Below, one piece after another: positions 1 to 10,517 of a stretch of 64,000 nt of DNA. The notes below the pieces were generated by a model. The model had not been told where the DNA came from. It saw nothing but the letters and a program-made list of their open reading frames with translations, and searched no databases. The DNA lies in contig JAYQBG010000003.1 of the NCBI GenBank assembly GCA_038137215.1, forward strand, positions 77,792 through 141,791, written 5' to 3'. This DNA is from Alphaproteobacteria bacterium. Lineage in GTDB: Bacteria; Pseudomonadota; Alphaproteobacteria; UBA6615. Made by a program: the position numbers and the translations under genes. Position 1 is the first letter of the stretch, and each line of letters starts with the position of its first letter.

Positions 1-612
1 ATCGGCCTTGTTCACAACCACCAGATCCGCCAGTTCCATGATGCCCTTCTTGATGCCCTGCAACTCGTCGCCCCCGCTGGGCAGCAACAGCAGCAGGAAG
101 ACATCGACCAGATCGGCCACGGCCGTCTCCGACTGGCCGACACCGACAGTTTCCACCAGCACCACATCGAAGCCCGCGGCTTCGCACATCAATAGAACCT
201 CGCGGGTCCGCTGCGCCACACCGCCCAAGGTGCCTGCCGTCGGGGAAGGCCGGATGAAGGCTTCGGGCGCGCGGGACAGCTGCTCCATGCGGGTCTTGTC
301 CCCCAGAATCGAGCCGCCGGTCCGCTGAGAGGACGGGTCCACCGCCAGCACCGCAACCTTATGCCCCTGGGCGATCACATGCTGACCGAAAGCTTCGATG
401 AAGGTCGATTTTCCCACGCCCGGAACCCCCGACACACCGACCCGGATCGCACCGCCGGTCTTCGGCAAAACGGCTTCAAGCAAGGCTTCGGCCTGTTGCC
501 GGTGATCATCGCGCGTGGATTCGATCAACGTGATCGCCCGCGCCAGCGCGCGACGGTCGCCCCCCAGGACCTGTTTGGCCAGCTCGGCCATCTCCTGATC
601 CGCGCCAGCCAT
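1..612 (-). CDS. meaB: Methylmalonyl-CoA mutase-associated GTPase MeaB (3' end runs off the window)
   Basis: Not in the ORF track; manual translation from ATG 612 gives MAGADQEM...[13 protein letters not shown]...[15 protein letters not shown]...[20 protein letters not shown]...[10 protein letters not shown]...[10 protein letters not shown]...VVNKAD (P-loop and MeaB/ArgK motifs); close to scpA. Confidence 0.95.
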   Translation of the reverse strand, partial: MAGADQEMAELAKQVLGGDRRALARAITLIESTRDDHRQQAEALLEAVLPKTGGAIRVGVSGVPGVGKSTFIEAFGQHVIAQGHKVAVLAVDPSSQRTGGSILGDKTRMEQLSRAPEAFIRPSPTAGTLGGVAQRTREVLLMCEAAGFDVVLVETVGVGQSETAVADLVDVFLLLLLPSGGDELQGIKKGIMELADLVVVNKAD

Positions 613-1112
613 TACGCGCCCTCTTTACCGCTTCCGCGCGACAGCGCCGGACGGACGGGCTTGTGTTCGACCGGAGAAGACAGGACCAGCGAGCTGCGCA
701 CATCCCCGATTTTGCGGAACCGCGAGATGATATCCTCCAGTTCAGGTATCGATCGCACCGACACCCGGATCAGGAAGCTGTCATCGCCGGTCACGTGATG
801 ACATTCGACCACGGCATCCAGAGACCCACAGAGGCCGGTCACGCGCCGGAAATCCAGATCCGAGGCCGACAGGCGCAGGAAGGCACCGATGCTTTCCCCA
901 AGGGCCGCGCGCGCCACCTGCGCGCTATAGCCCGTGATCACGCCTGCAGTTTCCAGCTTGCGGAGACGCTCGGCCACTGCGGGCGTGGACATCCCGACCC
1001 GCCGCGCGACCTCCCGAAACGACAGCCGGGCATCGTCCTGAACAATCGCGAGCAAAGCCCGGTCCGTGGAATCGATCTCAGTTGCCGTTTGTAAGGTCAA
1101 AACCGCTCCCAA
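612..1112 (-). CDS. Lrp/AsnC family transcriptional regulator
   Basis: IDSTDRALL...[31 protein letters not shown] and [16 protein letters not shown] domain; stop overlaps the meaB start (TAATG); exact start uncertain. Confidence 0.9.
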   Translation of the reverse strand: MGAVLTLQTATEIDSTDRALLAIVQDDARLSFREVARRVGMSTPAVAERLRKLETAGVITGYSAQVARAALGESIGAFLRLSASDLDFRRVTGLCGSLDAVVECHHVTGDDSFLIRVSVRSIPELEDIISRFRKIGDVRSSLVLSSPVEHKPVRPALSRGSGKEGA

Positions 1113-1213
1113 TTTCCAAAACCCGCGAAAAACGATGATTTATCGTACGTTTGTACATATATTACAACCTATACAATGTAAACGTAAATCATATTCTTAA
1201 ACCACCTTTCAAG

Positions 1214-1320
1214 CGTCACGTCATCGTGTCAGGCGCGTGACAGCTGGCACGTGTTTGGCACGGTTCGCGGCACGCTGTGACACCGTTGGGACAGCTGTGA
1301 GACACGCGTGCCGCAGCGCG
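1214..1320. repeat. Degenerate ~11-bp periodic intergenic repeat (CA[C/G]-led units)
   Basis: Units CAGGCGCGTGA, CACGTGTTTGG, CACGGTTCGCGG, CACGCTGTGA, CACCGTTGGGA, CAGCTGTGAGA, CACGCGTGCCG. Confidence 0.45.
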
Positions 1321-1322
1321 AT

Positions 1323-1778
1323 CTATTTGTGACGATCGACCGCGCGCGAAAGCAGCAGATAAGCCTTGCCGACATCTGCGGTGAGCAGGCTCGCGCTGAG
1401 CAGTTCGTCGGGATCGGCCTCGCCGGCCTGGACGAGCAGACGTTCGAACTCCCGCAGATAGCGCGTGGCCAGTCCGCGGAACTCCTCGTCTTCCTCGAAC
1501 ATCTCGCGCACCCGTGCGATCACCACGGGCTCGCCTGCGCGCGAGGCGATCCGGCGCAGAGCCACGGTCCGGTCACCCTTGGCAAACCGGCGGATGATGT
1601 CGGGCGCGGCATCGCCTTCGAGCACCTGCTGCAGATCGACCCCGATCGAGCCGAGGGTATCGAGGACGCGGTTGGCCGTGTGCAGCAGAACGCCGCGGTT
1701 GGATTCGAGATAGGAGTTGCGCACCTCTTCCGATGTCCGGGCAGCTTCCTCCCACTCTTCCCCCCGATTGTCAGACAT
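1323..1778 (-). CDS. Hypothetical protein resembling the conserved C-terminal domain of large polar GPR/RgsE-type proteins
   Basis: 151 aa, starts 4 nt after the scpA stop; motifs LDTLGSIGVDL, RRFAKGDRTV, EFRGLATRYLREFERLL, LLTADVGKAYLLL. Confidence 0.7.
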   Translation of the reverse strand: MSDNRGEEWEEAARTSEEVRNSYLESNRGVLLHTANRVLDTLGSIGVDLQQVLEGDAAPDIIRRFAKGDRTVALRRIASRAGEPVVIARVREMFEEDEEFRGLATRYLREFERLLVQAGEADPDELLSASLLTADVGKAYLLLSRAVDRHK

Positions 1779-1782
1779 GGAT

Positions 1783-3939
1783 TCAGGCGGCCTCGCGGCG
1801 ACTGCGGCGGATCATTTCAAGCACGTCCCCCGCCGCGGCAGGAATGTTCGTTCCCGGTCCATAAATGGCCGACACGCCATTGGATTTGAGGAATTCATAA
1901 TCCTTGGCCGGGATCACGCCGCCACAGATCACGATGATGTCGTCCGCGCGTTCGGCCTTGAGCGCTTCCGTCAACTGCGGCACCAAGGTCTTATGGCCCG
2001 CCGCCTGGGTCGAAACCCCGATCACATGCACGTCATTCTCGACGGCCTGGCGCGCGGCTTCTTCCGGGGTCGCAAAGAGCGGCCCGATATCGACGTCAAA
2101 GCCCAGATCGGCAAAGGCCGTCGCAATCACCTTGGCGCCACGGTCATGGCCATCCTGCCCAAGCTTGACCACCAGCATGCGCGGGCGGCGTCCCTCATCC
2201 TCGGCGAAGGCTTCGATGTCCTTCACCGTTTTCTTGAAGTCTTCGTCATCCTCATAGGCCGAGGCGTAAACCCCCGAAATCGACTGCACCGTTGCCTGAT
2301 GGCGTCCGAAGACCTTCTCCATGGCATCCGACATCTCTCCGACCGTGGCCCGCACGCGCGCGGCCTCGACACATGCGGCGAGCAGATTGCCCTCGCCGCT
2401 TTCCGCAACCCGGGTCAGGTTCGCCAACGCCTCGTCGCACTTTGCGCCATCGCGTGTTGCGCGGATTTTCTCCAGCCGCGCCACCTGGGCCTCGCGCACC
2501 CGCGTGTTGTCGATATCTAGGACATCGATCTCCTCGACCTCGTCCGGCACAAATCGGTTCACCCCGACAATCACATCCTCGCCGCGGTCCACGCGGGCCT
2601 GGCGGCGCGCGGCAGCTTCCTCGATCCGCAGCTTCGGCATGCCCGATTCCACGGCCTTGGTCATGCCGCCAAGTTCCTCGACTTCCGCGATCAGCTTGCG
2701 CGCCTCGACGATCAGGCTGTTGGTCAGGCTTTCCAGATAGTAGGACCCGGCCATGGGATCGACCACATTCGTGATCCCGGTCTCGTGCTGCAGAATCAGT
2801 TGCGTGTTCCGCGCGATCCGGGCCGAGAACGGCGTCGGCAACGCGACGGCCTCATCGAATGAATTCGTGTGTAACGACTGGGTGCCGCCCAGGGTCGCCG
2901 CCATCGCCTCAACCGTGGTGCGCACGATGTTGTTGTAGGGGTCCTGCTCGGTCAGGGACACACCCGAGGTCTGGCAATGGGTGCGCAACATCAGCGAGCG
3001 TTCGTCCTGCGCATCGAACTCGTCGCGCAGCATATGCGCCCAGAGAAAACGTGCCGCCCGCAGTTTGGCGATCTCCATGAAGAAATTCATGCCGATGCCG
3101 AAGAAGAAGGACAGGCGCGGCGCGAAGGCATCCACATCGAGCCCGGTGTAGCGGGCCGCGCGCACATATTCCACGCCGTCGGCCAGGGTGAAGGCCAGTT
3201 CCTGCACCGCGGTCGCCCCGGCTTCCTGCATGTGATAGCCGGAAATCGAGATCGAGTTGAACCGCGGCATGTTTTCGGCCGTGTAGCCGATGATGTCGGC
3301 GACAATCCGCATGGAGGGGGCCGGCGGGTAGATATAGGTGTTGCGGACCATGAACTCCTTCAGAATGTCGTTCTGAATGGTCCCTGAGAGCTTGTCCTGG
3401 GGCACGCCCTGTTCTTCGGCGGCGACGATGTAGTTGGCCAGGACCGGCAGCACCGCGCCGTTCATGGTCATCGACACGCTCATTTCATCGAGCGGAATCC
3501 CGTCGAACAGGATTTTGGCGTCTTCCACGCTGTCGATGGCCACACCGGCCTTGCCCACATCGCCGACCACGCGCGGGTGATCGCTGTCATAACCGCGATG
3601 GGTCGCCAGATCGAAGGCGACAGACAGCCCGCGCTGCCCGCCTTCGAGGGCCTTGCGGTAAAACGCGTTGGATTCTTCCGCCGTTGAGAACCCCGCATAC
3701 TGGCGGACGGTCCAGGGCCGGCCGGCATACATGGTCGCCTTCGGGCCTCCCACGAAGGGCGGGAATCCCGGCAGGCTGTCACGCCAGGAGATGTCATCCA
3801 GATCGGCCGCCGTATAGACCGCGCGAATATCGATCCCCTCCGGCGTATGCCAGATCAGGTCGTCGGGAGACCGGTCGCGCAGTTCCTTGTCGGCGCGCGC
3901 GCGCCACTCATCCTGGGTGGGTTTGGAGAATTCAGCCAT
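1783..3939 (-). CDS. scpA: Methylmalonyl-CoA mutase (B12-dependent)
   Basis: [41 protein letters not shown]-terminal [10 protein letters not shown] cobalamin-binding motif; start set at MAEFSKP (3939). Confidence 0.96.
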   Translation of the reverse strand: MAEFSKPTQDEWRARADKELRDRSPDDLIWHTPEGIDIRAVYTAADLDDISWRDSLPGFPPFVGGPKATMYAGRPWTVRQYAGFSTAEESNAFYRKALEGGQRGLSVAFDLATHRGYDSDHPRVVGDVGKAGVAIDSVEDAKILFDGIPLDEMSVSMTMNGAVLPVLANYIVAAEEQGVPQDKLSGTIQNDILKEFMVRNTYIYPPAPSMRIVADIIGYTAENMPRFNSISISGYHMQEAGATAVQELAFTLADGVEYVRAARYTGLDVDAFAPRLSFFFGIGMNFFMEIAKLRAARFLWAHMLRDEFDAQDERSLMLRTHCQTSGVSLTEQDPYNNIVRTTVEAMAATLGGTQSLHTNSFDEAVALPTPFSARIARNTQLILQHETGITNVVDPMAGSYYLESLTNSLIVEARKLIAEVEELGGMTKAVESGMPKLRIEEAAARRQARVDRGEDVIVGVNRFVPDEVEEIDVLDIDNTRVREAQVARLEKIRATRDGAKCDEALANLTRVAESGEGNLLAACVEAARVRATVGEMSDAMEKVFGRHQATVQSISGVYASAYEDDEDFKKTVKDIEAFAEDEGRRPRMLVVKLGQDGHDRGAKVIATAFADLGFDVDIGPLFATPEEAARQAVENDVHVIGVSTQAAGHKTLVPQLTEALKAERADDIIVICGGVIPAKDYEFLKSNGVSAIYGPGTNIPAAAGDVLEMIRRSRREAA

Positions 3940-4000
3940 TTGGGGCCCGCAAAGCTCATTTCCGAAGGTCCGAAAGTATAGTCGGACAGGAAGTGCGGGT

Positions 4001-5824
4001 CTATTGAGCCCCGGCATTGTCCAGTGCCAGCCGCAGGAAGGGCACCGGGGCATCAAAGCCGCGCAATTCGGCGCTTTCCCGGGACATCTGGCGATCCGTC
4101 AGCAAAGGCGCCACGGCAGGATCATCTGCAATTGCATGCGAAAGCACGATATCCCCACCCTGACTCTGGCTTTCCAGGCGGGCTGCCATGTTCACCGTGG
4201 TCCCGAAATAGTCCAGCCGCTCGTTGAGGGTGACCGCGATACAGGGCCCCTCGTGGATGCCGATCTTGATGATCGCCGCCTGCTCGGCCGCCAGATCGGC
4301 GGCATAGTCTTTGTTGAAGGCGGCGACAGCATCCTGAATTTCCAGGGCGGCCGCCAAACAGTTCGCCGGGTCCGGGAAAGCCGCCATCACCGCATCGCCG
4401 ATCGTCTTGACCACGCCGCCATCGTGCTTGCGGACAATTTCCGTCAGTACGGCAAAATGTTCGCGCACCAGCGCATAGGCCCGCGCATCGCCGATGGCTT
4501 CGTACAAAGCAGTGGAACGTCGCAAATCGGTGAACATCAGCGCCACCCGCTGGATCGCAACCTCATCGCCCGGACGCAACACCTGATCGGAGAACAGATC
4601 GCGAAACGCCTGCAGCGCGGTGACGCGATCTGCCGCGAGCGCATCGCGTTCCCACGCCAGTTCCTCGATCACGAATATTCTGTCGTGCGGGCCATTGTTC
4701 ACAAATGTCAGCATCCCGGACTCCGGGGCAACTTCCGGCCGGATCGTCTCTCCGTCATAGACCACGGCCGGAAACGCACCGCCGTCATAGTCGATATCCG
4801 CTTCCGGACCTGCCTCCAGCGTGCGCAACCGATAGGGTCCGGCGACGAGGCGCGCATCGAGCGCACGCGTCTGCCCCGCCGGCACGGCGATTTGCGCCAC
4901 CACATGGGGCATGCTGCCCGGGCCGAACAGGCAATACTCGCCATAAACATTGGGCCGGATGCCGGGAGACGGCTAAAAACTCAACTCCACATTCCGGGAG
5001 AATTCCCGGTCGTAGTCGATATTGCAGGTGTCGCAATGGGCTCCGGTGGGCATTTCGTCGAGACCGCTGGAGATCGACTTCGCAACCCGGCAACGCGGAC
5101 ACAGAATATCCCAGCGCAGATCGAGCAACCCGGCCCGGGTCGCCTCCAGGCAGGCTTCCACGACTTCGCGCGGCTCGACATTCCAGTCCCGCGCCAATGC
5201 GAGGGGCCGCATTTTGAAGACATCGACCTCCTGCCGGGTGGTCGCATATCGCGCCAGGTCTTTCGCCAGACCATGCCCGTGTGGCGAGGCCTCGATCGCA
5301 GCCACTGCACGGTCAATGCGTGTGCGCGTGTCTTCACTCAGCTCGGGCGGCGGCACATCGAATGGCGTGTCCTGTTCTCCGGCGACGAACTGACCAACCC
5401 GTTCAACTATGGTGGAAAAGGATTTCCCGACGGATTTGAAGAACACCGTCCGAAGCGCAATCTCACCCAGAAGACCCGAGGCCTCGGCCTCCAGCGTGTA
5501 GGTGCATTTGCTGCCCGCACCATCGGCTTCCAGGCGCAGATGGGCGCACAGCATCTTCAGGGGGCCCTTGCTGAAATGCCGGCGGTGCTCGAACCACTGG
5601 TTTTTGACCCAGTTCACCGGTTCCTCGCGCCAGGCCAGCGTCATGCCACCCTGCTTGCCATGACCTTCAAACAGAACCGAACCATCCGGCTGCGGGGTTT
5701 CAACAATATCGTGTTTGGGAAGGCCGGCAGCTTCATTGAAGCGGGCCGTATCAGACAGGTAAGGCCACAACGCCTCGGGGGGCTGGTCGAAGGTCCAGAT
5801 CCATTGCTGGCGATGCACGGTCAC
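4001..5824 (-). pseudogene. Class III adenylate/guanylate cyclase with SRPBCC-like and DUF5939-like N-terminal region, interrupted by an in-frame TAG at 4973-4975
   Basis: ORFs 4973..5932 and 4001..4912 are in the same frame: ...NVELSF*PSPGIRPNVYGEYCLFGPGSMPHVVAQ...; cyclase motifs MFTDLRRST, VKTIGDAVMAAF, DYFGTTVNMAARLE; CPRC...CDTC zinc motif; GTG start at 5824 with AGGAGG RBS. Confidence 0.85.
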
Positions 5825-5935
5825 GCAGGACCTCCTGACACGCATTTTTCGGGGCGTTTGCCCAGCTTGTGATGGCGACTGCCTGTGCGTGAAATTCACT
5901 CCGGAAACGCAAACAAACAGCGTCCGGATCAAAGT

Positions 5936-6829
5936 TTACCAGATGAGTCCCGGAATGACGTAGCGCGGGGCGGCCGGCGCATCGCCCAGAACATCGGCCA
6001 GTTTGTCTGCGGACGGCAACTCACCATAGGACACGCCCAGTTTCTCAGCCGCGATACCACTGACGATAAAGGCCGAATCGAGCCCCGCCCCTGCCGCGCC
6101 GGCGATGTCGGTCAGGAGCCCATCCCCGATCATGAGAACGCGCGACGGGTCGGGCGAACCGATCGATTCGAGCACGGTATCGAAAACCGGACGATAAGGC
6201 TTGCCGTGCCAGGCCACATCGCCGCCGAACCGGGTCTCATAGGCTTCGGCCATGGCCCCGGCGCAGATTTCGCGCGTGTCGCCGCGCAGCACTTCGCGAT
6301 CCGGGTTGGTGCAAACCATCGGCAAGCCGCGCAGTGCGGCGGCTTCGAGCTCGGGCAGATAATCATCCAGGCGATGACCTTCTTCTCGCGGGCCGGTGCA
6401 GATCAGGAAATCAGCTTCGCCTATTTCCGCTTCCCGTTCGACGCCGGGATTGTCCAGCATCGGGCGGTGCCGGTCGGGACCGATAAACGCGGCCAGGGTA
6501 CCCAGTTCGCGATGCCAGGGATCGTTCCGGTCGCGGATGGCATGCCAGGCGATCTCTCCCGAGCAGAAAATAACGTCGTAGATATCCTCGGGGATGCCAA
6601 TCTGCCCAAGCACCGTATGCACCCCGGACACCCGGAACGGGGCGTTGGACAACAAGGCCACGCCGGCGCCGGCCTTCTTGAACTGCGCCAGACATTCGAT
6701 CGCCCCGGGCAGGGGTGCGATGCCGTTGTGGAGCGTTCCCCACAGATCGACAATCAGGTGGTCATAGCGCGCGGCGAGCGGCGCAAGATGCGCCAGCAAT
6801 TCGGGATCGAGGGAAGGTGTATCAGGCAT
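5936..6829 (-). CDS. HAD-superfamily class IIA hydrolase (TIGR01459-like)
   Basis: IVDLWGTLHNG, LLSNAP, CTNPD, HGKPY, MIGDGLLTDIAGA motifs. Confidence 0.88.
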   Translation of the reverse strand: MPDTPSLDPELLAHLAPLAARYDHLIVDLWGTLHNGIAPLPGAIECLAQFKKAGAGVALLSNAPFRVSGVHTVLGQIGIPEDIYDVIFCSGEIAWHAIRDRNDPWHRELGTLAAFIGPDRHRPMLDNPGVEREAEIGEADFLICTGPREEGHRLDDYLPELEAAALRGLPMVCTNPDREVLRGDTREICAGAMAEAYETRFGGDVAWHGKPYRPVFDTVLESIGSPDPSRVLMIGDGLLTDIAGAAGAGLDSAFIVSGIAAEKLGVSYGELPSADKLADVLGDAPAAPRYVIPGLIW

Positions 6830-6906
6830 AGCGCCACGGCGTATGCCATGGTGCAGACGCAGAAGAAAGCGGATTTCCGTGACAGGTCGGAAATGTCCGG
6901 CCAAGT

Positions 6907-8150
6907 CTAGTCCGAGCGGCTCAGACGCGGTTCGCCGAACAGATAGCCCTGACCGAAGTCGATGCCGTAATCGAGCAACTCCACGAGCTGCTTCTCGTCT
7001 TCGATCTTCTCGACGATCAGATCAAGGCCGTCACGATCGAGCCATTTCTTGATATCGCTGCCCGCAATTCCAATGCCCATATTGTCCGGGTCGTTCAGGA
7101 AGAAATGGGCGTCCACTTTCACGAAACGGAAATTCTTGGCCGACAGACCCGGCAGATCGAGATTGAGATGCCGGACCTGATCGAGTGAAAAGCGGAAGCC
7201 CAGATCGGCCAGTCGCGCGAGGTTGCCGATGGTGATCGGTGGCGCGGATTCGATATCGGCCTGCCCGAATTCGAAGAACAGCTTGGGCGCGAGATCGGTG
7301 TTCTCGGACACGAAATCCACGAAATCGGTGATGAAACCCGTATCGCTGAGGCTCTCGCGGGAAATGTTGCAGAAGAAGGCCGTGTCGTAATTGCGGCGTT
7401 GAGTGCGGCGCACAAGCTGGACACAACGGAACAGCAGCATGTTGTCGATGGCGCTGACCAGGCCCTCACGCTCGGCAATCTCGATATACTGGCCTGGCCC
7501 GGCCCGATCACGGTGCCGTCCTCCGAACGAATCCGCGTGAAACATTCGTAGTAGCGGTTCTTGCGCTGGGGCAGGCTGACGATGGGTTGCAGATAGACGT
7601 CAACGCGGTCGAGACGCAGCGCCTCGTGCACGATTCCCAGGACTTCCTGATCCTCGGCCGTGCGCAAATCCTCGCCCGACGGCGCACTGACGGCCTTTCC
7701 GCCTTCCACGGCGACAAGCCGGGGACGTTCGGCGATTTCCATCTGGCCATTCAGCAATGCCGCTTCGGCCTGCTTCTGGGAAAAGCTTTCGATCAGCCCC
7801 TGCAGCACCTTAACTTCCGCCACCATCTGGGACACGCGCTGTTCCCCGGCGCGTCCGACCTGCTCCAGCGACTGCCGGATTTGCAGAGCCTGGGTCTGGG
7901 TGTTCAGCAGATCTTCGGCGATCTCGCGGGTCTGCCGACGCATCACGTTGAGTTCTTCTCGGTTGCGGCGATCACGCTCGCTCTGGGTGAACGCGTAATG
8001 CGCAAACGCACAGCCAAGCCACACCAGCCCGGCCAGGAACGGCGCGACGGCGGGGGAAACAGACGGCACATATTGCGGGACGAGCAACGCAAGCGCGAGC
8101 GCAAGGACCGAATAGGAGGCGGTGATTATGGCGTGCAGGATCAATGGCAT
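6907..8150 (-). pseudogene. TipF-like membrane-anchored coiled-coil plus degenerate EAL protein, frameshifted at ~7490-7500
   Basis: Two N-terminal TM helices and a coiled coil, then YLQPIVSLPQRKNRYYECFTR in one frame; EAL remainder (FCNIS, FEFGQ, FSLDQV, VKVDA, VEKIE, GQGYLFGEP) in another frame; 5-bp GCCAG duplication at the junction. Confidence 0.82.
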
Positions 8151-8188
8151 GGTTCTGAGCGTGAGATTGCCTCGTCAAGCCTTGCCAT

Positions 8189-8196
8189 ATGGTTAA
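8189..8196 (-). promoter_or_regulatory. Putative CtrA half-site (TTAACCAT) upstream of the TipF-like gene
   Basis: ATGGTTAA on + (TTAACCAT on -), ~40 nt upstream of the start codon. Confidence 0.45.
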
Positions 8197-8239
8197 CGAA
8201 GATTGAGGTTTATGTCTGAATGGGTGGCCACAGCCCCCT

Positions 8240-8313
8240 CGGCATCCATAAACCCCGACCCCCAATCAGGCAGCCGCCTGAATGTATGGGTTCCCGCCTG
8301 CGCAGGAAGGACG
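8240..8313. repeat. Decayed REP-type palindrome (TTCCCGCCTGCGCGGGAA family)
   Basis: TATGGGTTCCCGCCTGCGCAGGAAGGACG matches the arms at 23851-23944 and 51096-51189. Confidence 0.65.
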
Positions 8314-8349
8314 AGCCGTGTTGTGGTGAGATGGTTCCAAAAGTCTCGA

Positions 8350-8440
8350 CGTCATTGCGAACACAGTGAAGCAATCCAGCGGCGGCGCTGCCGGACAGGA
8401 ATGTCCGGATGGCTGCTGGTCTGCGGCCCTCACAATAACG
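8350..8440. repeat. Decayed REP-type palindrome (GTCATTGCGAG...GCAATCCAG family)
   Basis: GTCATTGCGAACACAGTGAAGCAATCCAG ... CTCACAATAACG; the more intact copy is at 14080-14164. Confidence 0.7.
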
Positions 8441-8463
8441 AGAGATCCGGCAAGACGAGCAGG

Positions 8464-9636
8464 TTAACGCTCGGCAGGCAGCACCTGTTCGACCAGTGTC
8501 GCCCAGTAGGACGCCCCGAGGGGAATGATCTCGTCGTTGAAATCATAACCCGGGTTGTGAAGCATGCAGCCGCCCTCAACAGCCCCGTTGCCGACCCAGA
8601 CATAGCTGCCAGGCTTCTCGCGGAGCATGAAGGCGAAGTCTTCCGCGCCCATGCTGGGCACCGGGTTGTGGTTGATGGCATCGGCACCGACAAGCGCTGC
8701 CGCGGCGGCAGCCGCCTGCTCGGTTTCCTCGATGCTGTTGACCGTCGCCGGGTAAAGCTTCTGGTAGTTCAACTCCGCCGTGGCGCCATAGGCTGCGCAG
8801 ACCCCGTCGGCAATTCGTTTCATGGCGGGCTCGACACTGTCGCGCACTTCATCGCGGAAGGAGCGCACGGTGCCGGCCAGGCGGACCTCATCAGGAATCA
8901 CGTTGTACGCATCCCCGCCATGGATTTGGGTGACCGAGACCACGAGCGCGTCCACAGGATCGGTGTTGCGGCTGGCGATGGACTGCAGGGCCCCGACGAC
9001 CTCGGAGGCAACCAGAATACTGTCGATCCCCTGATGGGGCATGGCGCCATGTCCGCCCTGGCCGCGAATGACGAGATCGAAGACATCGAAGGAGGCCATC
9101 ATCGGGCCCGGCGACACGGCGAATTCGCCGACGGGCATGCCTGGCCAGTTGTGCATGCCATAGACGGCTTCGGCGGGAAATTTGTCGAACAGCCCTTCCC
9201 GGACCATCACTTCCGCGCCGCCCTCGCCTTCTTCTGCGGGCTGAAAGATGAAATAGACCGTGCCGTCGAAGTCTTTTGTCTCGGCGAGGTACTTGGCCGC
9301 ACCCAGGAGCATGGTCGTGTGCCCGTCATGGCCGCAGCCATGCATTTTCCCCGGGACCGTCGAAGCGTGGGCGAAATCGTTGCCTTCCTGCATGGGCAGC
9401 GCATCCATATCGGCGCGCAGGACGATCGCCCGGTTGCCGGTCCCCGCTTTCAGGGTGCCGACCACGCCTGTCCTGGCGAGACCGCGATCGACCTCGATCC
9501 CGAAACTTTCCAGCCGCTCGGCCACTAGTGCGGATGTGCGTTCTTCTTCGAAGGCCAGCTCGGGATGGGCGTGAAAGTCACGCCGCCATTCGGTGAGCAA
9601 CTCATGGTCGCGTTTGATTTCGTCTTTGATGGTCAT
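8464..9636 (-). CDS. M20 family amidohydrolase (hippuricase-like)
   Basis: HAHPELAFEE, LRADMDALP, MHGCGHDGH, FQPAEEG, GAEDFAFM, LHNPGYDFND. Confidence 0.93.
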   Translation of the reverse strand: MTIKDEIKRDHELLTEWRRDFHAHPELAFEEERTSALVAERLESFGIEVDRGLARTGVVGTLKAGTGNRAIVLRADMDALPMQEGNDFAHASTVPGKMHGCGHDGHTTMLLGAAKYLAETKDFDGTVYFIFQPAEEGEGGAEVMVREGLFDKFPAEAVYGMHNWPGMPVGEFAVSPGPMMASFDVFDLVIRGQGGHGAMPHQGIDSILVASEVVGALQSIASRNTDPVDALVVSVTQIHGGDAYNVIPDEVRLAGTVRSFRDEVRDSVEPAMKRIADGVCAAYGATAELNYQKLYPATVNSIEETEQAAAAAAALVGADAINHNPVPSMGAEDFAFMLREKPGSYVWVGNGAVEGGCMLHNPGYDFNDEIIPLGASYWATLVEQVLPAER

Positions 9637-9648
9637 GGTTGGCTTCCC

Positions 9649-10473
9649 TCAGAGGACGCGGTGATCGGCGACAGGAATACGTGTCCGCACGGTTGAAAGA
9701 TAGTCGAGGTCGATTTCGGCGCTGGTGTGGCCGGTGCCCTCACCGGCCTGGGCAATCATGTGGCCCCAGGGGTTTACGATCATCGAGTGACCCCAGCTCG
9801 CGCGTTCGTCATTGCCCTCGAAATAGGTTCCGGTCTGGGCCGCGGCCACCACATAGGTCTGGGTCTCGATGGCGCGCGCGCGCAGCAGCACTTCCCAGTG
9901 ATCCTTGCCGGTCTGCAGGGTGAACGCGGCGGGCACCATGATGACATGCGCACCGGCCTCGGCAAGCGCCCGGTAGAGTTCGGCAAAGCGCAGGTCGTAA
10001 CAGATGGTGCAACCGACCGTGATGTCACCGGCCCGATAGGTGACCACCGCATCCCCGCCGCCGAAGGTGTCGGATTCGCGATAGCTGTGCCCGTCGGGCG
10101 TGGTCACATCGACCAGGTGAATCTTGCGGTAGCGCGCCAGTTCCACGCCATCCCGGTCAAAGGCCAGCGTGGTGTTGAAGAAGGTTTCTCCGTCGCGCTC
10201 CACGAAGCTGCCGCCATGAACAAAGACGCTGTGCTCGCGGGCCATGCCACGCAGGGTCTCGTATGCTTCCCCGCCGGCCTGACCGGGTTCGGGCAGTTCC
10301 TCGGCCGCCGCGCGCTTGTCGGCTACGGATGCGCCCATGAAGGCAAAGACCTCAGGCAGCACCACCATATCGGGCCGGTCGCGCGTGACCGCCTCAGCCA
10401 CCAGCGCCCGCGCCTGAACCAGATTGGCGGCTTTGTCGCTGCCGGTGTTCATCTGTATCGCACTGATTTTCAT
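9649..10473 (-). CDS. Carbon-nitrogen hydrolase (Nit1/deaminated glutathione amidase-like)
   Basis: VLPE, YRKIHL, ICYDLRF catalytic triad; LLRARAIETQ. Confidence 0.9.
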   Translation of the reverse strand: MKISAIQMNTGSDKAANLVQARALVAEAVTRDRPDMVVLPEVFAFMGASVADKRAAAEELPEPGQAGGEAYETLRGMAREHSVFVHGGSFVERDGETFFNTTLAFDRDGVELARYRKIHLVDVTTPDGHSYRESDTFGGGDAVVTYRAGDITVGCTICYDLRFAELYRALAEAGAHVIMVPAAFTLQTGKDHWEVLLRARAIETQTYVVAAAQTGTYFEGNDERASWGHSMIVNPWGHMIAQAGEGTGHTSAEIDLDYLSTVRTRIPVADHRVL

Positions 10474-10517
10474 GACGAACATTCTAGTCGTTCGCACAAA
10501 AACCCGCTAGCAAGTGC

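Noticed and set aside
1214-1320. CRISPR array or iteron origin
   Set aside because: Units are ~11 nt and degenerate with no spacers; no cas or rep gene nearby
3887-5872. Long antisense ORFs (e.g. 3887..5872 +, 46563..48539 +, 39757..41487 -, 8203..9528 +)
   Set aside because: Shadow frames opposite well-supported genes, expected in high-GC DNA; no recognisable motifs
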